From IMG/VR virus record IMGVR_UViG_3300025133_000065: 64,000 bases of DNA. One strand, given 5' to 3'. Shown piece by piece: positions 57,083 to 64,000 of the stretch (its first letter is position 1; each line of letters begins with the position of its first letter). The translations under genes were made by a program, and so were the position numbers. Source of the DNA: an uncultured virus (IMG/VR IMGVR_UViG_3300025133_000065) (taxonomy: Duplodnaviria; Heunggongvirae; Uroviricota; Caudoviricetes). Below the pieces are notes generated by a model. That model had not been told where the DNA came from. It saw only the letters and a list, made by a program, of their open reading frames with translations, and did no database searches.

Positions 57083-57341
57083 CTTTTAATACGTCCTCAT
57101 TTTTAGCCTTATTTCTCATTTTTTTTAAAATCTCTCTATTCTCTTCAATATGAGATACAACGTTTTCTTTTGCACCTTTTTTTTCCTGTATTGGTATATC
57201 AATTTTTATAAAATTAACAGGAATTTTTTGTGGTGGACCGCCTTCACAATGTGGGCACTTTTCCATATTAGATTCTGATATTGACATCCATTCCCACCAT
57301 TTTCTGGTGCAATCAATACAGTGAAAGTGATACTTAGGCAT
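57075..57341 (-). CDS. FmdB-like zinc-ribbon protein
   Basis: MPKYHFHCIDC...CPHC; start refined to 57341. Confidence 0.7.
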   Translation of the reverse strand: MPKYHFHCIDCTRKWWEWMSISESNMEKCPHCEGGPPQKIPVNFIKIDIPIQEKKGAKENVVSHIEENREILKKMRNKAKNEDVLKDD

Positions 57342-57702
57342 TTGCTCTTCCGTAATCATCAGAAAGACGAATAACATCGTCTAATTCTGGCGTTGAAACC
57401 TCATATAATACAACGTCTTGATCGTCCGGTGCTGTAAATCTGTGAATTGTGTTTGGTGTAATTCTCCAAGATTTACCCTCCTTGAGCTTTATAACGTTGC
57501 TTTCGTTGTCGCTCCTTGATAAATCTAAAAGAAGCGTCCCTTGACTGACATACACTGTTTCGTCTTTCTGGACATGAAACTGCCTTGAAAGGCGCTGCCC
57601 TGCTTTGATGAACAGCTTTTTCATAACATATTTATCAGTATGAACAATGAGGTTTTCATGACCCCAGGGCTTCTCAACTATCTTCTGCATCGTTAAACTC
57701 AT
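57334..57702 (-). CDS. Cupin protein (mannose-6-phosphate isomerase-like)
   Basis: VEKPWGHE, GQRLSRQFH..KDE, P.TIHRF, EVSTPELDDVIRLSDDYGR. Confidence 0.8.
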   Translation of the reverse strand: MSLTMQKIVEKPWGHENLIVHTDKYVMKKLFIKAGQRLSRQFHVQKDETVYVSQGTLLLDLSRSDNESNVIKLKEGKSWRITPNTIHRFTAPDDQDVVLYEVSTPELDDVIRLSDDYGRANA

Positions 57703-57865
57703 CTAATTTAAATGTTGGTGGGTTTGTCACTGCCAACTCATCCTGGGAATCACCCTGGATTACAAAGCTGAAGCCCTTTAAAACTGGAACAATGTCTGTT
57801 TGCTCTAACAATGATTTTTGTAAAGCCATCATTACGGCTCCCAATGCTTGATCTGATAATTTCAT
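57674..57865 (-). CDS. Hypothetical protein
   Basis: 63-aa ORF starting just after the gmd stop. Confidence 0.55.
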   Translation of the reverse strand: MKLSDQALGAVMMALQKSLLEQTDIVPVLKGFSFVIQGDSQDELAVTNPPTFKLDEFNDAEDS

Positions 57866-57866
57866 T

Positions 57867-58859
57867 TTATTTCCATCCTTTTTCTGAAACTGTGCGATTA
57901 AAATCGCTTAAATACATATCCCCTGCTAGAGAGGAAAAATTATACTTTGGTTCCCACCCAAGAACCGTTCTTGCTTTTGAACTATCGCCTAAAAGATAAG
58001 GTACTTCGTGTGGTCTAAAATATTTTTTGTTAATTTTTAAATGTTTTGTTGGATTACCAAGCTCTGCACAAGTCCAAACCTCATCTAAAAATTCTTTTAC
58101 TGAGTATGTTTCGCCAGTGGCAATAACATAATCATCTGGTTCTTCTTGTTGTAACATGAGCCACATTGCTCTTACATAATCTTTAGCGTGTCCCCAATCT
58201 CTTTTTGCAGAAAGGTTTCCTAATTCGATGTTGGATTGGTGCCCTAACCTGATATTTGCCGCTGCTAATGTAATTTTTCTCGTTACAAAAGTTTCTCCGC
58301 GTCTTGGTGATTCATGATTGAACAAAATACCACTTGAAGCGTGCAAACCATAAGAAGTTCGATAATTGCGGACTAAGTTATGAGCGAACACCTTTGCACA
58401 GGCATATGGCGAAGCTGGTGTAAGTCGCGATTCTTCATTGTATCCAATCTCAGGCACATTTGGATTATCACCATACATTTCTGAGGAGCTAGCTTGATAG
58501 AAACGACATTTTGGATGAACATTTCTTATCGCCTCAAGAATGCGAAGTGTTCCATTCACAATACCAGAAACGGTATCCTCTGGTATATCAAAAGAAACTC
58601 TAACGTGGGATTGTGCCGCCAAGTTGTAGAATTCATCAGGTTTATATTTTAACAACAAGCGATAAGTTGCGGAAGAGTCATTTAAATCCCAATACTCCAT
58701 TTTAAAGTTAGGATTATTATAGACACTATTTATTCGTTCTGTACAAATAAGAGAAGTTCTTCTTTTCAAACCAACAACGAAATAACCCTTGCGTAGTAAG
58801 AACTCTGCTAAATATGAGCCATCCTGTCCCGTGATTCCACTAACAAGTGCCGTTTTCAT
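57867..58859 (-). CDS. gmd: GDP-mannose 4,6-dehydratase
   Basis: GITGQDGSYLAE, YNLAAQSHV.VSF, FYQASSSE, SPYACAK, GILFNHESPRRGETFVTRKI, RDWGHA.DYV. Confidence 0.97.
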   Translation of the reverse strand: MKTALVSGITGQDGSYLAEFLLRKGYFVVGLKRRTSLICTERINSVYNNPNFKMEYWDLNDSSATYRLLLKYKPDEFYNLAAQSHVRVSFDIPEDTVSGIVNGTLRILEAIRNVHPKCRFYQASSSEMYGDNPNVPEIGYNEESRLTPASPYACAKVFAHNLVRNYRTSYGLHASSGILFNHESPRRGETFVTRKITLAAANIRLGHQSNIELGNLSAKRDWGHAKDYVRAMWLMLQQEEPDDYVIATGETYSVKEFLDEVWTCAELGNPTKHLKINKKYFRPHEVPYLLGDSSKARTVLGWEPKYNFSSLAGDMYLSDFNRTVSEKGWK

Positions 58860-58860
58860 T

Positions 58861-59496
58861 TTATAATACCTTGAGCTTGCTATCTTTTTTGAGTAACTCT
58901 ACATTTAAAAACCAATCTTCTTGTATAGATATTCTATGGGTATCATATCCACAGCTTTTCAAAAACTTTTTAACATTTAACGGGACTAAATTAAACTTCT
59001 TTAAAAAGTCTCTTGCCCCATTTAAATATTTGATGTTGTTTTCTGGATCTCTATATAGATCGTGTTCAAAAGTTACAATTTTAAATTTATACTTTTCAAA
59101 AGGAATTTTTAATAAACACTCATATGTTATATCAGCAGGCTCTAAATCTATGGAGAGATAATCTATTGTCTCTGGTACAGACCTCTCATCAAATAATTTT
59201 TCGTAGTCTAATTTTAAAGCATTCCCGCAAACAAATTCACTTGACCTTGTAGTTTCCCATAAGTTTAAAAACTCATGTTTAGTTGTTCCAGCCTCAATGT
59301 GACAAAATTCATTCTCTGGACCCATGTCGATAGACAAACCATTCCAACCCAGCTTCTTTTCTAAATAAAAAGTGTTGTTTATTTCTTTTGGATGACCTGC
59401 TCCAATATCCACAAAATAGCCATTTAACTTGTTATTTAATACCTCTGTCACAAATCTATCTTGTCCTATTTGAGACTTATAATCCATTTTTAACAC
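58861..59496 (-). CDS. FkbM-like SAM methyltransferase
   Basis: SQIGQD, GYFVDIGA, NNT..LE...GWNG, IDYLSIDLE, TFEH, EDWF. Confidence 0.8.
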   Translation of the reverse strand: MLKMDYKSQIGQDRFVTEVLNNKLNGYFVDIGAGHPKEINNTFYLEKKLGWNGLSIDMGPENEFCHIEAGTTKHEFLNLWETTRSSEFVCGNALKLDYEKLFDERSVPETIDYLSIDLEPADITYECLLKIPFEKYKFKIVTFEHDLYRDPENNIKYLNGARDFLKKFNLVPLNVKKFLKSCGYDTHRISIQEDWFLNVELLKKDSKLKVL

Positions 59497-60406
59497 CTCT
59501 AACCTTTGGATAATTTATTATAAACCAATCACAAGTCTTTTTTAAACCTTCTTTTAACGATATGTAATATTCTTTTTTCCACCCCAAGTCAAGCAACCTT
59601 TGGTTTGAACTTGGCTTTCTATGTTGTCCAGATGGCTGGTTTGTTTGCCACTCTAGCTCACCATCGTATCCTAGAATATCGCATATCATCTCTACAATTT
59701 CTTTGATGGAATATTCATCTGTGTTACCAATATTGATTGGTTCTGGTTCATCGTAGTTTTCCATCAAGAATAGGAGAATACGGGCAATATCTTCTGAGTA
59801 TGTGAACTCACGAAGTGGTGAGCCATCGCCCCAGCAGAATACAGAAGGTTCTTTATTTATTTTAGCCTCCCAAACCTTGCGGATAAGCGCCGGAATAACA
59901 TGGCTGTTTTCTAAATCAAAGTTGTCATTCTCGCCGTAAAGATTGTTTGGGATTGCTGTAATAAAGTTACAACCGTATTGCTGCCTATAAGCTCTGGACA
60001 TAACATCAACCATCCTTTTTGCATAGGCGTAGCCAAAATTAGAATGGTGCGGTGGTCCAAGATGTAGTTGGTCTTCTGTGAGCGGGTAGTTAATGTATGG
60101 AGCGTCTGGATAAACACAAGTTGATAAGAGCGAAAGGACTTTATTTGCTCCTGTTTGATGCGCCGAATATAGAATTCTTTCGTTTAGATTGGCATTCTCC
60201 ATATAGAAGTTGGCAACTTGCTCGGTATTTGCCTTCACGCCGCCCACTTTAGCTGCAAGGTGGATTACTTGCTTATCAGTAAAATTCCCCTTGTAATAAG
60301 CATTCCTAGTCATATCCTCTAATTGAAAACGATTCGGATATTCTGCTTCTGGTAAAATTCGCTTAAATGCAGAGCCCACCATCCCTGTACCACCTGTAAT
60401 AATCAT
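59477..60406 (-). CDS. fcl: GDP-L-fucose synthase
   Basis: TGGTGMVG, HLAAKVGG, STCVYP, YAYAKR, PNNLYG..DNF, SHVIPAL, WGDGSPLREF; start refined to 60406. Confidence 0.93.
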   Translation of the reverse strand: MIITGGTGMVGSAFKRILPEAEYPNRFQLEDMTRNAYYKGNFTDKQVIHLAAKVGGVKANTEQVANFYMENANLNERILYSAHQTGANKVLSLLSTCVYPDAPYINYPLTEDQLHLGPPHHSNFGYAYAKRMVDVMSRAYRQQYGCNFITAIPNNLYGENDNFDLENSHVIPALIRKVWEAKINKEPSVFCWGDGSPLREFTYSEDIARILLFLMENYDEPEPINIGNTDEYSIKEIVEMICDILGYDGELEWQTNQPSGQHRKPSSNQRLLDLGWKKEYYISLKEGLKKTCDWFIINYPKVRGVKNGL

Positions 60407-60416
60407 TTTATAAAAT

Positions 60417-61367
60417 TCACCATATAAAATTGTTTTTGTAAAATTTAACAATTTCTCCTATTTCATCATCAAACCGTCTTTTTGGCTCCCAGCCAATAGA
60501 TCTCAAACGTTCATCATCCAAAGCATATCTAATATCTTGACCAGTTCTATTATAAGAAAAATCAACATAATCATCAATATCAATTTTGCTTTTAAAGAAA
60601 CTTTTTAATATTTGTGAGACAGTTGTCAGATTATTTTGCTCAAAACCGCCAGATACATTAAAAATTTTGTTGGTTTGTCTTGATTCAATAATTTTTATAA
60701 CTGCTCTGGCTGTGTCATCTGCGTGCAACCAAGTCCTAATTGGCTTTCCACCATCATGTAATCTAATCTTTTTACCACGAACTAAATTTTTAACTGCTAA
60801 AGGAATAAGCTTTTCTGGATATTGCCCTATTCCATAATTATTGGTAGGTCGCAAAATAATATATTTTACATTATAAGTTCTTGCCCAAGCATAAACCAGC
60901 ATGTCCGCTGCTGCTTTAGCTGCTGAATAAGGATTGCTTGGCTTTAAAAGGTCGTCCTCTTTATGGAAGCCATCATCAATATCACCATAAACTTCATCAG
61001 TACTAAAGTGAAAAAATATTGGTCTCTCGTTGCAATTTTCTTGTTTATGCCTTATTAATTCCAATAAATTTTGTGTACCAGCGACATTGCTGTCCAAAAA
61101 CTTCTTACTATCGACGATACTATTACCGACATGCGATTCCGCAGCAAGGTTAATAATGTAATCACAGTCATATAGGTGAGTCATATCCTTAATATCAATT
61201 TTTTCAAAAGCGAAGTTTTTACATTTCTCAAATTCCTTCAAGGATTCGATACTAGCTGCGTAAGTGCATTTATCGACTCCATATACCATCCAACCTTTTT
61301 CAAGGCATCTACGGGTCACATAGGAGCCTATAAAGCCTAAACAGCCTGTGATATATACCACCTTCAT
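60417..61367 (-). CDS. rfbB: dTDP-glucose 4,6-dehydratase
   Basis: TG..GFIGS, NLAAESHV, STDEVYG, PSNPYSAAKA, NNYG..QYPEKLIP, R.GQD.RYALD. Confidence 0.88.
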   Translation of the reverse strand: MKVVYITGCLGFIGSYVTRRCLEKGWMVYGVDKCTYAASIESLKEFEKCKNFAFEKIDIKDMTHLYDCDYIINLAAESHVGNSIVDSKKFLDSNVAGTQNLLELIRHKQENCNERPIFFHFSTDEVYGDIDDGFHKEDDLLKPSNPYSAAKAAADMLVYAWARTYNVKYIILRPTNNYGIGQYPEKLIPLAVKNLVRGKKIRLHDGGKPIRTWLHADDTARAVIKIIESRQTNKIFNVSGGFEQNNLTTVSQILKSFFKSKIDIDDYVDFSYNRTGQDIRYALDDERLRSIGWEPKRRFDDEIGEIVKFYKNNFIW

Positions 61368-62719
61368 AATTTCTGCTCCTTGAAAAATGAATCAACAACT
61401 TTTTGTATGTATTCAATCTTCTCATCTGTTATGCCTATGTAAGTTCCAAGAAAAAAAGTATTGCCTGTAACATAAGATGCAACTGGGAATGATTTTGTTA
61501 TATCGTCATAATCCGCTGACAGCTTCTCATAAGCTGGATGTGCTAATGCGTTCCCCGTAAAATAAGATCTCGTTTGAATTTTGTTTTTTTCAAGGTGGTT
61601 TACAAATTCCTGTTTATCAAAAACACAATCTTTTTTTAAAGTTAAAAGGAATCCAAACCAACAAGGATCAGAGTTTTTAGTAGCATACGGTAAATGAAAA
61701 TGTTTTTCATACTTTAAGAAGATGTTTTTTAATTTAGTAAAGTTTTCTCTCCTCGCAGAATCCATGGCAGGGAGCTTTTTTAACTGCTCAAGACCCATTG
61801 CCCCTTGCAGATCTAAAGGTTTTAAATTATATCCGATTTCATCAAAAACATATCTATGATCGTAGATAGCCTCTGGCATTTTATCAAACCAAGCTTTGAA
61901 CCTATTACCGCAGGCTGTGCCATCGATCACACAACCGGGCTTGATATCGTTGCAATAGCAAGCTCTCCCCCAGTCGCGAAAACTTGCTAAAGACTTTCGT
62001 ATTTTTCCGCTATTAGTGGCGACAAAGCCGCCCTCAGCCATGGACATGTGGTGTGCAGGAAAAAACGAACAAGTGGATATGTGCCCATATGAACCAAGCT
62101 TTTTATTATTATATGTAGATCCAAGAGCATCACAAGCGTCTTCTATAAAAATTAGATCATATTTTTCTACGAGATTCATTAATCGCTCCATATCTGGAGG
62201 GTTCCCCAAAACATGTGCAAACATTATACCCCTAATATCAGGATCTTCCTTTAATTTTTGTTCAACCTGATCTAAATTTAAATTTAGGTTTGGTAGTTCG
62301 ACATCAACAAAAACTGGCTTGAATCCATTTTGAATAATGGGATTTATTGTTGTTGGAAAACAAACTACCGGGGTTATAAACTTGTCACCCTCTTTTAAAG
62401 AAAATGTATTTTTTGATTTAAGACATGAAACGGCTAACAAGTTTGCAGAACTGCCAGAATTAGTTAATATGCCTCTCTTTTTTCCAAGATATTTTGGGAA
62501 CTGCATCTCAAACAACTTATTATTTTTACCAAAAATTACCCAATCGTTTGAAAAGTCATCAAGTATCACTTTTACGGCTGCTAATATTTCATCTTTATCG
62601 TAATTGAGACCAGAATAAGAAACCCAATCTGTACCGGGTTTCCAAGTATCCTTACTTCTTTTTTCCTCATAATATTCAGAAACAAGTTCTAATATCTGTT
62701 TTCTTTTTTGATCAAACAT
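61364..62719 (-). CDS. rfbH: NDP-4-keto-6-deoxyglucose 3-dehydrase (E1/RfbH/DdhC type)
   Basis: NSGSSANL, FPTTINPI, AHVLGNP, EDACDALG, SFFPAHH (His in place of the PLP-Lys), RDWGRACYC...C.....CG.RF Fe-S Cys insert, GYNLK. Confidence 0.9.
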   Translation of the reverse strand: MFDQKRKQILELVSEYYEEKRSKDTWKPGTDWVSYSGLNYDKDEILAAVKVILDDFSNDWVIFGKNNKLFEMQFPKYLGKKRGILTNSGSSANLLAVSCLKSKNTFSLKEGDKFITPVVCFPTTINPIIQNGFKPVFVDVELPNLNLNLDQVEQKLKEDPDIRGIMFAHVLGNPPDMERLMNLVEKYDLIFIEDACDALGSTYNNKKLGSYGHISTCSFFPAHHMSMAEGGFVATNSGKIRKSLASFRDWGRACYCNDIKPGCVIDGTACGNRFKAWFDKMPEAIYDHRYVFDEIGYNLKPLDLQGAMGLEQLKKLPAMDSARRENFTKLKNIFLKYEKHFHLPYATKNSDPCWFGFLLTLKKDCVFDKQEFVNHLEKNKIQTRSYFTGNALAHPAYEKLSADYDDITKSFPVASYVTGNTFFLGTYIGITDEKIEYIQKVVDSFFKEQKL

Positions 62720-63556
62720 TTAAATAAATTTTCCAATAATGTTTTTTAGTTCTTTTTCTAAACCAGAAAGTTCTATATTCATAGTATCTAACTTGTTCGA
62801 TTTCCCAGTGTATGAGTTTGCCATCTCTCTTTGTTGAACTAATATTTTGCTTTTACTTTTCAAGTTAGATTTTATCATTTTTGCCATCTGTTTTAAAGTA
62901 TATTTTTTTTTATATACAGCGTTTAGGTCTTTTGGTAACGATTCTTTCTCATTATCAAAATAAAATTTCAATATTTTACAAAGATCATCTGATGATATGA
63001 AATCCATAAATTTATCTTGATGTATTATGAGAGGTTCACCTTTCAAAGCATTCTTTATGTTTGTCTTCAAAAACCTACTTTCTTTTTCATATATGCCAAA
63101 GCAACCAAATATTCTTATGTTGAAAAGCTTATCATACTTGTATATTTCTTTGGTTATGATGTTTTTTGACAATCCATAATAATCTTTTGGGTTTTTCTCG
63201 TAGATTTCGTTCTCTGAACAATCGTTTATTTCTGATGCTCTGTCAAACTCTGCTCCAGAACCAAAGTTTATCAGTTTGCCAAAAGCATCTCTATTGTCTA
63301 CAAGATTCTTAAACATTTGTATGTTATTTAAAAAATCTTGTAGAGTGTCTTCTCTGCCTCTAACACCGCCGTTTATTGCACAATTGATGACGACATCGTA
63401 ATACCGAATATTAAAAAATTTACGAGTTTGTTCGGCAGATGTTAAATCAAAATCCTTTCTTGTAGAAAAACATAAGTCATACTCGCTGTTAAAAAAGTAG
63501 TCTTTAATCTGTTTTGCCAAAAAGCTATTTTCAGCAATTACTAATATCTTTTTCAT
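62720..63556 (-). CDS. NAD-dependent epimerase/reductase (SDR)
   Basis: Degenerate Rossmann start, VINCA..GG, FGSGAEFD, YGLSK, RIFGCFG. Confidence 0.8.
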   Translation of the reverse strand: MKKILVIAENSFLAKQIKDYFFNSEYDLCFSTRKDFDLTSAEQTRKFFNIRYYDVVINCAINGGVRGREDTLQDFLNNIQMFKNLVDNRDAFGKLINFGSGAEFDRASEINDCSENEIYEKNPKDYYGLSKNIITKEIYKYDKLFNIRIFGCFGIYEKESRFLKTNIKNALKGEPLIIHQDKFMDFISSDDLCKILKFYFDNEKESLPKDLNAVYKKKYTLKQMAKMIKSNLKSKSKILVQQREMANSYTGKSNKLDTMNIELSGLEKELKNIIGKFI

Positions 63557-64000
63557 CTCTTTAAATTAATGTAGTATGGAGAATTGTCGTTAATGCTGCT
63601 CATCAATGCAGCTTTTATTTGTTTAGTGCCTTGTGGGTGAATCATTTTTATGTTTTCAAAGCACGACATAACTTTTTTATCTTCTTCAGCCCAGTGCGAA
63701 AATCCAAGATAACCGTAATCTCTATCTCTACCGCCGCCGATAAGTTTTACTGGAACTTGTTCGTGATCAATATAATTTCTAATAACTTCAAACGGACGAT
63801 ATATCAGGAAAGGTGTTATGGAATATACAAATGGTATTTTTCCCTCCATTGCCATACCTACAGCAGCACCTAATAATAGTTGTTCTGAAGAACCAACGTT
63901 CCAAAACCTGTTGGGGTAGTCGATCCTAATCCTATCCCACAGTCCGTAACCTAAATCTCCTGTTAATAGGACAATATTTTCATTTTTGCCCATTTCTCTA
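63553..64000 (-). CDS. Transketolase-like pyrimidine-binding subunit (start probably beyond the window)
   Basis: LLTGDLGYG, NVG.SEQ...G.AVGMAMEG, PFVYSITPFL..RPFE.IR, G.SHW..ED; the frame is still open (..AGA GAA ATG) at the right edge. Confidence 0.85.
   Translation of the reverse strand, partial: REMGKNENIVLLTGDLGYGLWDRIRIDYPNRFWNVGSSEQLLLGAAVGMAMEGKIPFVYSITPFLIYRPFEVIRNYIDHEQVPVKLIGGGRDRDYGYLGFSHWAEEDKKVMSCFENIKMIHPQGTKQIKAALMSSINDNSPYYINLKR

Noticed and set aside
61364..62719. Calling this ColD (colitose pathway) because gmd and fcl are nearby
   Set aside because: It carries the Cys-rich Fe-S insert and the length of E1/RfbH, which ColD lacks.
61..63873. All plus-strand ORFs and nested minus-strand alternative-frame ORFs in the track
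   Set aside because: They lie within longer motif-bearing minus-strand genes and show no recognisable motifs; treated as shadow ORFs.
1..64000. Stop-codon reassignment, as in some large phages
   Set aside because: Genes are full length in the standard code, and TAA, TAG and TGA all terminate genes at sensible boundaries.
1..64000. tRNA, rRNA or other structured ncRNA genes
   Set aside because: Intergenic gaps are under about 100 bp and I saw no cloverleaf or T-loop pattern by eye; a covariance-model scan was not run.

Overview
A 64 kb segment of a large, T4-like (contractile-tailed) dsDNA phage. Essentially every real gene is on the minus strand, tightly packed with many TAATG/ATGA stop-start overlaps. 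In transcription order (right to left) it holds: a nucleotide-sugar cluster (transketolase-like subunit cut by the right edge, SDR epimerase, RfbH/E1-type 3-dehydrase, RfbB, Fcl, FkbM-type methyltransferase, Gmd, cupin); a gp55-like late sigma factor; baseplate and other virion genes including a 2913-aa LamG-like protein; RuvC, primase and a fused Mre11-Rad50; small membrane proteins interrupted by four ORFs sharing one repeated leader; terminase, portal, prohead protease, a phage-encoded ribosomal protein bS21, scaffold and major capsid; then neck, tail sheath, two tube paralogues, a tail/baseplate chaperone and a tape-measure-like gene running off the left edge. The most interesting signals are: (1) the array of MKITKTLLKQIIKEE-leader cassettes with unrelated payloads; (2) a likely +1/-2 frameshift at a T9 tract joining gp26-like and gp51-like chaperone frames; (3) strong [ST]-[GA]-S enrichment in outer virion proteins next to the sugar cluster; (4) an unannotated 20-aa, 9-Cys metallothionein-like peptide; (5) bS21 among late genes with strong Shine-Dalgarno sites; (6) a recurring ACTAWTTA upstream motif. 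All product calls come from motif recognition by eye; no searches were run. No tRNA, rRNA, CRISPR array or mobile element was seen.
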